Shown: positions 41,262 to 51,974 of the stretch, piece by piece | Layout: every line of letters starts with the position of its first letter | Position numbering within the stretch: the first letter of the stretch is position 1 | From: Thiotrichaceae bacterium | Lineage (GTDB): Bacteria > Pseudomonadota > Gammaproteobacteria > UBA5859 | Length of the DNA: 64,000 bases | Assembly (NCBI GenBank): GCA_041940025.1 | Contig: JBGTSY010000001.1 | Location: forward strand, 19,186 to 83,185 | Reading direction: 5' to 3' | Notes under the pieces: model-generated | What the model was told of the DNA's origin: nothing | What the model saw: only the letters and a program-made list of their open reading frames with translations | Database searches by the model: none | Made by a program: the position numbers and the translations under genes

Positions 41262-42068
41262 CTAACGGGCAAATTCACTAATTTGATTGCGTCCGTAGAA
41301 GATCTCAACCATTTCCTCACGTAATTGCTTCTCTATATTCTCTTGTTCCTGCTGGGAGAATTCTTCCACTCCCTTGCCAAACAGAAAATTGTCGAGATCA
41401 AAATCTCTGATCATTAATTTCGTGTGATATAGCTTTTCGCTGGGATAATTGACATCTTCCATATGAAATTGGCGTTGATGTCTCTCCCCGATAAAATCTT
41501 GAATGCTGTTGATTTCATGATCTATAAAAATCTTAAAACCATTCACTGCTCGAGTAAAACCCCGTACTCGATAATCTAAGATGACTACATCCGATTCAAA
41601 ATTCTCGATGAGAAAATCCAATGCATTCAATGGAGACACCAAGCCACAAGTGGACACATCAATATCCGCTCTAAAGGTACAAATACCATTTTCCGGATGT
41701 ATCTCCGGATAGGTGTGCACCGTTAAATGACTTTTATCTAAATGCGCCACGGTGGCCTGTGGATAGGTGGCAGTCAAGGGTAATTCCGACTTATGAGCGC
41801 CTAGCGGTTCATCGGCCAACAACATGGTGACGCTAGAGCCCTGAGGTTCATAATCCTGTCGGGCAATATTCAAGATTTGCGCCCCAATCATTTTAGCCAC
41901 GGTTTCGAGGGAAGCAGTTAAGCGATCAGCATTGTAGATTTTGTCAATGTATTCTATGTATTCCCTGGATTGACTGGCTGTCGAGGTATAACAAACGTCA
42001 TAAAGATTGAAACTCAGGGATTTGGTTAGATTATTAAACCCGTGTAGTTCTAGCTTATCTTTGTGCAT
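41262..42068 (-). CDS. speD: S-adenosylmethionine decarboxylase proenzyme
   Basis: Start chosen at [20 protein letters not shown], which aligns to the E. coli SpeD N-terminus. Conserved [15 protein letters not shown] processing region. The track ORF extends to 42092. Confidence 0.88.
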   Translation of the reverse strand: MHKDKLELHGFNNLTKSLSFNLYDVCYTSTASQSREYIEYIDKIYNADRLTASLETVAKMIGAQILNIARQDYEPQGSSVTMLLADEPLGAHKSELPLTATYPQATVAHLDKSHLTVHTYPEIHPENGICTFRADIDVSTCGLVSPLNALDFLIENFESDVVILDYRVRGFTRAVNGFKIFIDHEINSIQDFIGERHQRQFHMEDVNYPSEKLYHTKLMIRDFDLDNFLFGKGVEEFSQQEQENIEKQLREEMVEIFYGRNQISEFAR

Positions 42069-42088
42069 GAGGTTAGACGACGCCTGAT

Positions 42089-42493
42089 TCAACTCAGTTT
42101 AAGTCCGGAAATCGGTGCATGAAAAATAAATTGCACCGTATTGCTGCCAGGATCCTGGCAATAAAAACTTCTGGCACCGTCTCGATGAGTTTTAGGTGAG
42201 GCAATTATCTCGACACCTGCGCTGGATAAGTATTGATGCCAGCTATCCACATCTTCCGGGGCCGACAGAATAAATCCCAAATGATCGAGACTCTGGAGAC
42301 CAGCTCTAGGTTCTTTGGCTCGATGCAATGCCAGATTATCCACTCCTGAAGTGAGATACACATTGTCTGCATCCGGACGCCACTCCACTTGCATACCTAA
42401 TAATGTGACATAAAAATGCTCACAGGACTCGAGATCGGTCACCCAAAGTGCTAAATGCCTCAATCCTTCCATTCCAGCAGGTCTTTCTTTCAA
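42089..42493 (-). CDS. VOC-family (glyoxalase/bleomycin-resistance/dioxygenase fold) protein
   Basis: 134 aa. [18 protein letters not shown]...GF..DHLGF, the paired beta-alpha-beta-beta-beta module pattern. Confidence 0.7.
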   Translation of the reverse strand: MKERPAGMEGLRHLALWVTDLESCEHFYVTLLGMQVEWRPDADNVYLTSGVDNLALHRAKEPRAGLQSLDHLGFILSAPEDVDSWHQYLSSAGVEIIASPKTHRDGARSFYCQDPGSNTVQFIFHAPISGLKLS

Positions 42494-42649
42494 CTCGACT
42501 CCTCAACAGTACTCTTAATCAGGAGCCGGATTTTACCTCGATTCAAAAAAGAGACCAAAGTAATTTAAGCGCTCACAAGCAGACGCAGCCAAGCAACTTC
42601 GTTTATAATCCACGCAGTATCTGAACTCATTCATATGTAAGGTAATTTT

Positions 42650-43369
42650 ATGCGTCCCAGCGGCCGAGCGGCAGATCAGCTGCGTCAAGTCTCGATGATC
42701 CGACATTTCACTTGCCATGCAGAAGGTTCTGTCCTCATCGAGATGGGCAATACCAAAGTGCTTTGCAACGCCAGCGTGGACGATTCTGTGCCTCGATTTC
42801 TGAGAGGATCCGGCAGTGGTTGGGTCACCGCTGAATATGGCATGTTGCCGCGCTCCACCCATGATCGCATGCAACGGGAAGCAGCCCGTGGCAAGCAGGG
42901 TGGTCGCACCCTTGAGATCCAACGACTCATCGGTCGCTCCCTACGCTCGGTAGTCGATTTAGAAGCGCTGGGGGAGAGAACCATCGTTTTGGACTGCGAT
43001 GTGATTCAGGCGGATGGTGGTACCCGTACTGCGGCTATCACCGGTGCCTATGTGGCCTTAGTGGATGCAGTCACTCACCTACTTAAAAATAAATTGATCA
43101 AAAAAGATCCCATTTATGGCCAAGTGGCCGCAATTTCGGTGGGCATTTTTGACGGAGACCCTATCCTCGATCTGGATTACCAAGAAGACAGTAAAGCGGA
43201 GACAGACATGAATCTCGTGATGAATGAAGCGGGACGCTTTATTGAGATTCAGGGCACGGCTGAAGGCAATGCCTTTACTCACGAGGAGTTCCTCCAATTA
43301 CTCGAACTAGGGAAACAGGGTGTAGAACAATTAACTCAGTTACAACGCTCGACCCTAGCACAATCTTAA
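42650..43369 (+). CDS. rph: Ribonuclease PH
   Basis: 239 aa, near-collinear with E. coli Rph (MRP.GR...HAEGSVL...GNTKVLC...[14 protein letters not shown]). Confidence 0.93.
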   Translation: MRPSGRAADQLRQVSMIRHFTCHAEGSVLIEMGNTKVLCNASVDDSVPRFLRGSGSGWVTAEYGMLPRSTHDRMQREAARGKQGGRTLEIQRLIGRSLRSVVDLEALGERTIVLDCDVIQADGGTRTAAITGAYVALVDAVTHLLKNKLIKKDPIYGQVAAISVGIFDGDPILDLDYQEDSKAETDMNLVMNEAGRFIEIQGTAEGNAFTHEEFLQLLELGKQGVEQLTQLQRSTLAQS

Positions 43370-43980
43370 TGAACAAGCTGATCGTCGCCAGCCACAACAG
43401 TGGTAAAGTTCGTGAAATAGCGAATGAACTTAGTGCATACCAAATAGACGTCTCTGCTCAATCGGAATTCGACATTGGTTCTGCCGCCGAAACCGCGCCC
43501 ACTTTTGTTGAAAACGCACTGATAAAAGCTCGGCATGCCTGTCTTCACACCGGTTTGCCTGCATTGGCAGACGATTCAGGATTAGAAGTGAATGTCCTGC
43601 AAGGACAACCAGGAATCTATTCGGCACGTTACGCGGGTGAAAATGCAACTGATGCCATGAACAATGAAAAATTACTAAAAACCTTACAGGCTGTTCCTGA
43701 AGAGAAGCGTCAAGCACGCTATCAATGTTTCATGGTGTTTCTACGGACTGTGGATGATCCCACACCTATCATTTGTCAAGGTACTTGGGAGGGGACTATT
43801 TTATCAAGCCCGCAGGGTGACGGAGGGTTTGGTTATGATCCCCTCTTTTATATTGCTGAATTAGAATGCACCGCAGCAGAGCTGGATATCAATAAAAAAA
43901 ATAAATTGAGTCATCGAGGAAAAGCCCTAAAAGCTATGTTGCCAAACATTGCAGCATATTTTCAGTCCCACCATGAATAA
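43369..43980 (+). CDS. rdgB: dITP/XTP pyrophosphatase (Ham1/RdgB)
   Basis: 203 aa. FGYDPLF and SHRG motifs. Conserved rph / rdgB-hemW neighbourhood. Confidence 0.9.
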   Translation: MNKLIVASHNSGKVREIANELSAYQIDVSAQSEFDIGSAAETAPTFVENALIKARHACLHTGLPALADDSGLEVNVLQGQPGIYSARYAGENATDAMNNEKLLKTLQAVPEEKRQARYQCFMVFLRTVDDPTPIICQGTWEGTILSSPQGDGGFGYDPLFYIAELECTAAELDINKKNKLSHRGKALKAMLPNIAAYFQSHHE

Positions 43981-43988
43981 ATGAGTCA

Positions 43989-45128
43989 ATGGTAGAACGC
44001 GCACTCTACATCCATCTGCCCTGGTGCGCACGCAAATGTCCCTATTGTGACTTCAATTCACATAGTTTCTCGAACGCTTTTCCTGAGGAAGAATACGTCA
44101 AGGCGCTTTGCCGCGATCTTGAATATGAAGCAGAACAGTTTCCAGAGACTCAAATCAGCTCCATTTTCTTTGGTGGCGGCACGCCCAGTCTGTTTGGTTC
44201 GCAAAGTATTGGCGAAATATTAAATGTCATTTATAAGCTGTTTAACCTTTCGACACACATTGAGATCACTTTGGAGGCCAATCCGGGCAGCAGTGAACAA
44301 GAAAAATTCTTCGAATTCAAACAAGCGGGAATTAACCGGCTATCCATCGGTGTGCAAAGCTTAGATGATGCCAAGTTGCAGGCACTGGGACGTATTCATT
44401 CCGCTCAAGAGGCAGAACTGGCCATTCGCGCCGCATTGAACTGCCAATTTGATAGCCTGAATCTAGATTTGATGTTTGCGCTACCTGAGCAGAGTGTCAA
44501 GGAGGCAACGATAGATTTGCAAAAAATACTTTCCTTTGATCCGCCTCACCTCTCTTATTATCAACTCACCTTAGAGCCCAATACTCTGTTTTACAACAAG
44601 CCTCCCAAATTACCTGTAGAAGAATTAAGTTGGGAGATGCAGTGTTCAGCCGAAGATAAGTTGCAGCGAAAAGGATTGATACATTACGAGGTATCCGCTT
44701 ACGCGCAGCCCGGCCATCAATGTGCCCATAACCTGAACTACTGGCACTACAAGGATTATCTTGCCGTTGGCGCCGGCGCACATGGAAAAATTTCTCGACA
44801 ATCGAACATTTTCCGCTATATGAAAATTCGACATCCCGTCAATTACATGAGACAGGCAGGCACTTCGTTATGCCGACAACAAAGCCATCAGGTGGCAAAG
44901 ATAGATCGCCCATTTGAGTTTATGCTCAATCGATTAAGACTATACTCAAAATTGGATTTGACTGAATTTAGTCAACAAACCTATCTACCCACCGAAGTCA
45001 TTAGATCTGCAATAAAGCAAGCTATAGAGCGAGATATGCTTAAATATCAGGATAGTTCCGTTGTGGTTACCGCCACAGGTAGAAAGTTTTTAAACGATCT
45101 CACTGAATTGTTTCTCCCCGATAATTGA
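43989..45128 (+). CDS. hemW: Radical SAM heme chaperone HemW (oxygen-independent coproporphyrinogen oxidase-like)
   Basis: 379 aa. CxxxCxxC (CARKCPYCDF) radical-SAM motif. Follows rdgB as yggV-yggW in E. coli. Confidence 0.9.
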   Translation: MVERALYIHLPWCARKCPYCDFNSHSFSNAFPEEEYVKALCRDLEYEAEQFPETQISSIFFGGGTPSLFGSQSIGEILNVIYKLFNLSTHIEITLEANPGSSEQEKFFEFKQAGINRLSIGVQSLDDAKLQALGRIHSAQEAELAIRAALNCQFDSLNLDLMFALPEQSVKEATIDLQKILSFDPPHLSYYQLTLEPNTLFYNKPPKLPVEELSWEMQCSAEDKLQRKGLIHYEVSAYAQPGHQCAHNLNYWHYKDYLAVGAGAHGKISRQSNIFRYMKIRHPVNYMRQAGTSLCRQQSHQVAKIDRPFEFMLNRLRLYSKLDLTEFSQQTYLPTEVIRSAIKQAIERDMLKYQDSSVVVTATGRKFLNDLTELFLPDN

Positions 45129-45310
45129 ATATAGATTCAAATCGGGCCAGCGGCCTAACAGTCGTTTAATTGGCCTTTAAAGTTTGCATTTGTATTGATT
45201 ATCCGATTATCATCTCAACTAAATTATAAGAATTTGCGGTTCATATTACTGAGCGAATCGGTAACGGCGACTGAACACTGCCAAACTCTCGGAGCGATGA
45301 TTTAATAGTT

Positions 45311-45958
45311 ATGAGTACTAATCCAAACATTTCAAATTTACGCCATGAAATACTCGGCGTTTCGGTATCACTGTTTGCTGAGGCAGGATATTCAGGCGTT
45401 TCAATGCGAGATATCGCAAAATCTGTGAGTGTGACCCCGGCGGCGCTTTATTATCACTTTCCTGACAAACAAACGCTGTATGTGGAAACCGTGCTCTTCG
45501 CCATGGAACGCAATCAAAATCAGATCGAGAAAGCGTTAGCAACCGATGGCACCCCTGAAGAGCGCTTCATGCGCTTTATTAAAGGCTACATTTTACTGAT
45601 ACATGATGATCCGGATTTTCGCAGATTGGTGCAAAGAGAGATTTTAGACACCAATGCCGAGCGCCAAGAGTTATTGTTCCAAACGGCGCTAAAAAAAGAA
45701 TACTGCACGCTGTTAGACATCGTCGGCCAAATTGCACCTTCGGTGAACGCACATATTATGGCAGTCACAGTGATTACCAGTGTGTTGTACTATTTTGAAA
45801 TGGCGCCGATTAAAAGAATGGATGCGGCTCAACTAGAAGAGCCTCTGCCGAACACTATCGCAGAACACCTTGGCCAAATCTTACTCTACGGGTTAAAGGG
45901 AAATGAAGCACAGGTTTCTAGCGAGATGTCATCTACCACACATGTAAATAAAATTTAA
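45311..45958 (+). CDS. TetR-family transcriptional regulator
   Basis: 215 aa. N-terminal HTH GYSGVSMRDIAKSVSVTPAALYYHF. Confidence 0.8.
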   Translation: MSTNPNISNLRHEILGVSVSLFAEAGYSGVSMRDIAKSVSVTPAALYYHFPDKQTLYVETVLFAMERNQNQIEKALATDGTPEERFMRFIKGYILLIHDDPDFRRLVQREILDTNAERQELLFQTALKKEYCTLLDIVGQIAPSVNAHIMAVTVITSVLYYFEMAPIKRMDAAQLEEPLPNTIAEHLGQILLYGLKGNEAQVSSEMSSTTHVNKI

Positions 45959-46113
45959 TTTGTAGTTTTTTAGTTGTCGCTTCATAATAGCCGCCATGAA
46001 TAATTCTTCCCAAAAAATGGTATGTGTCACTTTTGTCCTGCGCAAGCTATGGGCAGGCTATAGTGCGGCCATGTGGGAGCAAATGACTTAACACAAGAAC
46101 ACAATTTAATCCT

Positions 46114-46149
46114 AAAAAGCCGCACTTTAAAAAGTGCGGCTTTTTTTTT
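46114..46149. terminator. Strong bidirectional intrinsic terminator (A5-stem-loop-T9)
   Basis: AAAAAGCCGCACT-ttaaaa-AGTGCGGCTTTTTTTTT, read directly. Confidence 0.7.
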
Positions 46150-46166
46150 GCCTAAGGAAAAAGACA

Positions 46167-47105
46167 ATGTCTTTGCTCGCTGCTTACCTGACCATCATCG
46201 TGGTATGGTCAACAACACCATTGGCGATCCAATGGAGTTCTACTGATGCCGGTTTTCTATTTGGTGTGGCTGCGCGCATGTCTATTGGACTTCTCACCTG
46301 TCTCTTGTATTTGTTGCTCACGGGCAGATCTCTACCCAGAAGCAAACATGCGATACAAAGTTATCTTGCGTCTGGATTATCAATTTATGGTGCCATGTTA
46401 GCAACTTACTGGTCTGCTCAATTTATCCCCTCAGGATTGATTTCGGTGATTTTTGGGCTCTCCCCATTGCTCACCGGAGTCATTGCGGCACGACTATTAC
46501 CCAATGAAACATTCACTCTGGGCAGACTAATCGCCTCCCTAGTGGGCGTGATTGGATTACTGTTGATTTTTCAACAGGCCAATGTAGGTGATCAGATCCA
46601 CTGGTACGGCATCGTCGGCATGTTGTTCGCTGTATTAACGTACTCTGTTTCCGCAGTGTTGATCAAACGTATTGATTTTCAGGCAAGTGGATTAATCATC
46701 ACTACCGGCGGATTGCTGTTTGCGGTGCCCGCTTTTTGTGTCACCTGGTGGATCTTCGATGGCAATTGGTCCGTACAACTACAGGCGCGCAGTTGGGCAA
46801 GTATTGTCTATCTTGGGATCTGCGGATCAGTGATAGGGTTCACTCTCTTTTATTATGTATTACAGAGAATGTCTGCCAGCCGAGTTGCGCTCATCACTTT
46901 AATTACTCCAGTGAATGCGTTGATCTTAGGAACCAGCTTAAACGGAGAGACCTTTGGCGCTCACGTTCTGGTGGGTACTGCGTTGATATTATGTGCGCTG
47001 GCATTCTATGAATGGGGGGACGGCTTGATAACTAGGTTGTTTGGGAGCCGAGCTAAGTTAAGCAATAAAAAGATCAGACTGGGTTTAGGCAGTAGAGATC
47101 TGTGA
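46167..47105 (+). CDS. DMT-superfamily (EamA-like) transporter
   Basis: Start at ATG 46167 with AAGGAAAAAG SD. The track ORF starts inside the terminator at 46134. 10 TM helices. Two EamA repeats. Confidence 0.8.
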   Translation: MSLLAAYLTIIVVWSTTPLAIQWSSTDAGFLFGVAARMSIGLLTCLLYLLLTGRSLPRSKHAIQSYLASGLSIYGAMLATYWSAQFIPSGLISVIFGLSPLLTGVIAARLLPNETFTLGRLIASLVGVIGLLLIFQQANVGDQIHWYGIVGMLFAVLTYSVSAVLIKRIDFQASGLIITTGGLLFAVPAFCVTWWIFDGNWSVQLQARSWASIVYLGICGSVIGFTLFYYVLQRMSASRVALITLITPVNALILGTSLNGETFGAHVLVGTALILCALAFYEWGDGLITRLFGSRAKLSNKKIRLGLGSRDL

Positions 47106-47751
47106 TGCGATGGCCAAGTGTGATGCCACGTTGCTCAAACTTGGTCATCGGTCGCCGTAACACATCAGTTTGTATATGCTCTGGTGTGATTAGTTGTAAC
47201 CGGTGTTGTGCCGCGACTTGCTCTTTCACTGCATCAACATACGGAACCCAGTCACTGGCGAAATGCCAATAGCCCCCTGGGTTCAGCACCTCTGAAAGAA
47301 GCTGTAAGAATTCCGTCTGTACAATACGGCGCTTATGATGTCGTTTTTTAGGCCAGGGATCGGGAAACCAGAGCAGTACCGCATGCAAACAATGACGCCA
47401 TGAAGTCTGTTTCAACCACTCCATGGCGTCTCCTTCCATGACACGAACATTTTGCACACCCGTGGCATCAATTCTATTGAGCAGATGACCAATGCCCGGC
47501 CGGTGAACATCGATGCCGAGAAAATTAAATTGGTGATAGTGTGTGGCCAGCTGAATCAAAGACTCTCCCATGCCAAAACCGATTTCCAATACCAGCGAAC
47601 CTGACGCCCATCCCTCCGGCATGGAGGCATCCAGGGGCAAACCATATTTGGGAAACAGCTCTTGCAAAGACTGTTTTTGACCGCGGGTGAGGCGGCCAGT
47701 GCGACGCACGAAGCTACGCACCTGTCGCCGATGCATGCGCTCTATAGCCAC
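47074..47751 (-). CDS. trmB: tRNA (guanine46-N7)-methyltransferase
   Basis: 225 aa. LEIGFGMGESL SAM motif and FPDPWPKKRHHKRR, the TrmB hallmark. Confidence 0.9.
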   Translation of the reverse strand: MAIERMHRRQVRSFVRRTGRLTRGQKQSLQELFPKYGLPLDASMPEGWASGSLVLEIGFGMGESLIQLATHYHQFNFLGIDVHRPGIGHLLNRIDATGVQNVRVMEGDAMEWLKQTSWRHCLHAVLLWFPDPWPKKRHHKRRIVQTEFLQLLSEVLNPGGYWHFASDWVPYVDAVKEQVAAQHRLQLITPEHIQTDVLRRPMTKFEQRGITLGHRITDLYCLNPV

Positions 47752-47830
47752 TTGGGAAAATGATCCATAACCAGATAATCTTGTTGGTATTTCTAATCAG
47801 AATAAGTTAGAAATTCTGACAATTCTGCGT

Positions 47831-48649
47831 TCAAGAAATTAATCCATCGATAGGCGAGGACGCACTAGCATACAGTTTTTTTGGAATTCGGCCGGCAAGA
47901 TAGGCCTCCCGCCCCGCTGTCACCGCTTTGCCCATTGCCCTGGCCATCATCACTGGATTTTTTGCACAGGCAATGGCGGTGTTCATTAACACGCCGTCGC
48001 AACCCAACTCCATCACCTGAGCGGCGTCCGACGCTGTACCCACACCAGCATCCACTAGGATCGGCACCTTGGCCTCCTCCAGAATCATGCGGATATTATA
48101 GGGATTACAAATACCCAATCCTGAACCAATGGGCGCTGCCAGGGGCATAACCGCCACACACCCCATCTCCTCAAAACGTTTGGCTAAAATGGGGTCGTCA
48201 GAGGTATAGACCATTACCTGAAAATCTTCCTGAATCAACACCTCTGCCGCAGCTAGAGTTTCTGTCACATTAGGATAGAGTGTTTTTTGATCACCTAATA
48301 CTTCTAATTTGACCAGATTGCTGCCATCTAAAAGTTCGCGCGCCAAGCGACAGGTTCTAATCGCCTCGGCTGCGGTATAACAAAAAGCAGTATTGGGTAA
48401 AATACAGTATTTATCTGGTGATATCTTTTCTAATAGGTTGGGTTCACCCGGACTCTGCCCAATGTTCGTACGCCTCAGCGCCACCGTGACAATCTCTGCA
48501 CCAGATGCGGCTATGGCATCGGCAGTTTCTTCTAAGTCTTTGTATTTGCCGGTGCCCACCAGCAGTCGGGAGGAAAATGTGCGGCCATTTAGCTGCCAAC
48601 TCCCTATCTCATCTGTTTGCACTTGCTTGTCTTTTTGAACAGCACTCAC
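47831..48649 (-). CDS. thiG: Thiazole synthase
   Basis: 272 aa. TIM-barrel ThiG motifs (LLVGTGKY; [12 protein letters not shown]; [11 protein letters not shown]). Confidence 0.92.
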   Translation of the reverse strand: MSAVQKDKQVQTDEIGSWQLNGRTFSSRLLVGTGKYKDLEETADAIAASGAEIVTVALRRTNIGQSPGEPNLLEKISPDKYCILPNTAFCYTAAEAIRTCRLARELLDGSNLVKLEVLGDQKTLYPNVTETLAAAEVLIQEDFQVMVYTSDDPILAKRFEEMGCVAVMPLAAPIGSGLGICNPYNIRMILEEAKVPILVDAGVGTASDAAQVMELGCDGVLMNTAIACAKNPVMMARAMGKAVTAGREAYLAGRIPKKLYASASSPIDGLIS

Positions 48650-48853
48650 TTAACCACCCCCAATGGCTTGTACAATTTCGATTCTATCATCTGAGTTCAG
48701 CCTCACGTCCGCATAGGTACTGCGGGGCACGATCTCTTGATTGAGTTCCACAGCCAGTCGTTTACCTGTCAAACCCAAATCCTGAATTAGCTGATCCAAG
48801 GTCTGATTGACTTTGACCTCATGTTTGTCCCCGTTCAGAATAATTTTCATCAC
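48650..48853 (-). CDS. thiS: Sulfur carrier protein ThiS
   Basis: 67 aa ending in GG. Immediately upstream of thiG. GTG start. Confidence 0.85.
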   Translation of the reverse strand: MMKIILNGDKHEVKVNQTLDQLIQDLGLTGKRLAVELNQEIVPRSTYADVRLNSDDRIEIVQAIGGG

Positions 48854-49358
48854 GTCCCTAGATTTAACAGATTCTAAATTTTACGCTTATTATAATTCTC
48901 TGCCGAATTTTTAAACAGCACACAAAAGAAAATTCAGATCTCCCGGTCAGTTGACGCCAGCAGGTAGCACGAACAACTGCCCCAGAGACGCTTTTCACTA
49001 AAATTGCATCCCACCCTCAGATACAGACGCTATTTTTTCTAATCTCAGCTCTCACTTATCTGGCAAATGACCATCTCCGAACAATCGAACTATCTGGCTG
49101 ATGCTAAAAATGGACAATCGACAATTTCTTGGCGCAGAGGAACGGTTAGCATGGCGAGCGGAACAGTGAAAAAGCGGCTTGACGCTCTCTGCCGCCTTGC
49201 ATGCACGCACATTAAACTGTTAGTTTGAGTAATCGATTTTGGGTTTGGTGTCTAGCTTGTCAATCATTGAGATATGCGAATCACAAGCACACACCGCAAA
49301 AGTCTTGGCACGAAGAGTCAAAACATGATGACTTTGCTATCACTCATAGGTTCAATCA

Positions 49359-49997
49359 TTGTTGCCCTGGAGAATGCCAATGAGCTTCTACGACAAACAT
49401 GTATTACCTCGGTTCATTAATCTAGCTTGCGGTACAAAGCCAATCACTTATCAGCGAAAAAAAGTAGTACCTGAAGCAAGTGGACGAATTTTAGAAATAG
49501 GAATTGGACCAGGACTTAACCTGCCCTACTACGATGCCAACAAAGTAGAAATGGTTTACGGCTTGGAGCCATCGTCAGATATGCGCAAGCTGGCTGCCAA
49601 AAGGGTGAAGCAAGTGCCGTTTAAGGTGGAATTTATCGACTTGCCAGGAGAAGAAATTCCGCTGGAAAATAACTCTGTAGACACGGTGTTATTAACCTAC
49701 ACGCTATGTACTATTCCCGATGGCTTAAGCGCTTTAAAACAAATGCATCGAGTGCTGAAACCGGGAGGCAAATTGATTTTTTGTGAACATGGTGCCGCGC
49801 CCGACGATTCCGTAGAAAAATGGCAAAATCGTATCAACCCTGTTTGGAAACCCATTGCCGGCGGGTGTAATTTAAATCGCAAAATACCCCAATTGATCAC
49901 AGAAGGTGGTTTTAACATTCATAATATGGAAACGGCTTATATCCCCGGCACCCCAAAAATTGCTGCTTATAACTATTGGGGCGCAGCAACGGTGTAA
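49359..49997 (+). CDS. Class I SAM-dependent methyltransferase
   Basis: 212 aa. Motif I ILEIGIGPG and motif post-I/II (VDTVLLTYTL; LKPGGKLIF). Confidence 0.75.
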   Translation: MLPWRMPMSFYDKHVLPRFINLACGTKPITYQRKKVVPEASGRILEIGIGPGLNLPYYDANKVEMVYGLEPSSDMRKLAAKRVKQVPFKVEFIDLPGEEIPLENNSVDTVLLTYTLCTIPDGLSALKQMHRVLKPGGKLIFCEHGAAPDDSVEKWQNRINPVWKPIAGGCNLNRKIPQLITEGGFNIHNMETAYIPGTPKIAAYNYWGAATV

Positions 49998-50209
49998 CTA
50001 TAATGAAATCCTATGGCAAAAGTGAGCAGGCAGTTAAAAACTCTAGCGTCATTAAAACAGACCTATTGATAAACAGCATTATCTAACTTGATTAGTCGGC
50101 ACTCAAAATGCCAGTCAAACTGCTTATTTACACCAAACATTTTGAGCGCGACCCCTGAAAAAAGTGCAACCGGCTTTTTACGGGATCAATCAATTTTAAG
50201 GAGTCTTCA

Positions 50210-50578
50210 TTGAAATCAACAAAGCAAATCGCTCGATGGCTACCTTTTGGACAAGTAGCCGAATTATCCGCCGAGGAGCTACACAATCAAATGGATCAGG
50301 GCCAGGTACAAATCATAGATGTCCGTACTCGGCAAGAATGGCTCAGCTCTCGCATTCCAGGTGCTATCAATCTGGCCATTACTCATTTTTCCAAATCAAA
50401 TATTGAATCGCTCAACCTGGACAAAAAAATACCGACTGTTGCCATTTGCCTTTCCGCTCATCGTAGCATTCCCGCTGTGAGGCAATTACACCAGCTTGGT
50501 TTTGAAAATTGCCAACAACTAAAAGGCGGGATGCGTAGCTGGTGGAAAAATGATCTCCCCACCACAACTGGACAGTGA
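50210..50578 (+). CDS. Rhodanese-domain sulfurtransferase (single domain)
   Basis: 122 aa. IDVRTRQEW...IPGAINL and an active-site Cys loop AICLSAHRS. Confidence 0.75.
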   Translation: MKSTKQIARWLPFGQVAELSAEELHNQMDQGQVQIIDVRTRQEWLSSRIPGAINLAITHFSKSNIESLNLDKKIPTVAICLSAHRSIPAVRQLHQLGFENCQQLKGGMRSWWKNDLPTTTGQ

Positions 50579-50598
50579 AAAGTAACTCATAGACTACA

Positions 50599-51330
50599 GT
50601 GAGGGTGTCCATGCAATACGTCACTTCAGTTGTGGCTTCACTATTACGCAAGGGCAAAGGAAACCGTGCTATCGTTCGGGACACCCAACCCGAAAAACTA
50701 ATAGAGTTATATGACATGGAAGGTTGCCCTTATTGCCGTCTTGTTCGGGAATATTTAACAGAGTTAAACCTCGATGTATTGATTCATCCCTGTCCAAGAA
50801 AAAGCACGCGTAACCGGCAAAAATTAGCAGCCTTGGGAGGCAAACAACAGACGCCTTATCTGTACGATCCCAACACTGATACAGGTTTATACGCATCACG
50901 CACTATCATCGACTATCTAAATGAACAATACGATCCGCGCCGCTTGCCAAAAAAATCCTCCCTCCTATTTGTCACCTCGCTAGCGGTCTCTTTAATGCGC
51001 ACCATGTCAGGTATTTTATATCGCCCTTCCCTCCTGGTTGGTCAACCACTAGAACTGTTTTCCTTCGAAGCCAGTCCCCACTCTCGCCTGGTTAGAGAAC
51101 GGCTCACTGAGATGGAAATTTCCTACCTTTTGCGTAACTCAGCATGTACCGCCTCAGATCCCTCTAACCAACCGAGCACCCACTTTGAGTCAACTCGACA
51201 GGAACTGTTACGCCGAAGTGGTAAGTTACAAATCCCTTATCTTTACGATCCAAATATTGGAAAAGGTTTTTCTAATTTAGAAGACATATTTCAGCACTTA
51301 ACTGATACCTATTCCACACTTCAGAGTTGA
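50599..51330 (+). CDS. Tandem glutaredoxin-like protein: N-terminal domain with CPYC active site, C-terminal domain a degenerate repeat (SPHS)
   Basis: 243 aa. LYDMEGCPYCRLVREYL...TPYLYDPNT...IIDYLNEQY is repeated as LFSFEASPHSRLVRERL...IPYLYDPNI...IFQHLTDTY. Confidence 0.65.
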   Translation: MRVSMQYVTSVVASLLRKGKGNRAIVRDTQPEKLIELYDMEGCPYCRLVREYLTELNLDVLIHPCPRKSTRNRQKLAALGGKQQTPYLYDPNTDTGLYASRTIIDYLNEQYDPRRLPKKSSLLFVTSLAVSLMRTMSGILYRPSLLVGQPLELFSFEASPHSRLVRERLTEMEISYLLRNSACTASDPSNQPSTHFESTRQELLRRSGKLQIPYLYDPNIGKGFSNLEDIFQHLTDTYSTLQS

Positions 51331-51437
51331 ACTCGATCTTTTATGTCTCGGTAAAGAGTTAATCTTGTGCTTTTGCGAATCGCGCCGTTATACTGAAACC
51401 AATAGTATTAAAAATCACAAAATAGGCTCGTTAAATA

Positions 51438-51875
51438 GTGGCTATTCAAAATATATTTAAACAAATTGAAGAAATTAAAAAAGGCATTGAAAATCTCAGC
51501 GTTGAACAGCTAAAAAACGAGATCGATATCAATCCGCCTATTCTTTTGTTAGATATTCGGGAAATTCAAGAACGCATAGAACTGGGATGTATTCCGAATT
51601 CCACCCATTGCCCACGGGGCATGATGGAATTTTGGGCCAGTCCGCAAAGCCCCTACTACCGCGATTATTTCCAGGCCGATCGCAGAACCATCATCTACTG
51701 CGCCGGCGGCGGCAGAAGTGTACTTGCCACGCGAGCCCTATTGGATATGGGATTTAGCGATGTCGCAAACTTAGACACAGGGTTTAAAGGATGGCAACAA
51801 TCCGGTGAAACCATCGAAGACGTCAGCAAAACAAGTCGTTGGATGCGACGCGAGGAAAAAACACCCACATCTTGA
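51438..51875 (+). CDS. Rhodanese-domain sulfurtransferase (GlpE/PspE-like)
   Basis: 145 aa. LLDIRE..E...IP.S and an active-site loop YCAGGGRS. Confidence 0.8.
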   Translation: MAIQNIFKQIEEIKKGIENLSVEQLKNEIDINPPILLLDIREIQERIELGCIPNSTHCPRGMMEFWASPQSPYYRDYFQADRRTIIYCAGGGRSVLATRALLDMGFSDVANLDTGFKGWQQSGETIEDVSKTSRWMRREEKTPTS

Positions 51876-51974
51876 TTGATGCCCGATTGATCCTGCCCAA
51901 AATATTATCGCCATGAAGCCCACTATGGGCCATTAGGATAATCATAGACTACCTCGATAAACCTTCCCGTCCAA

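Noticed and set aside
42533-42984. Minus-strand ORFs (129 and 99 aa) overlapping the rph start
   Set aside because: The same DNA encodes a near-canonical RNase PH on the plus strand. The antisense ORFs have no recognisable features.
48854-49358. TPP riboswitch upstream of thiS
   Set aside because: The conserved P4/P5 pyrophosphate-sensor sequence is not recognisable. Only partial look-alikes are present.
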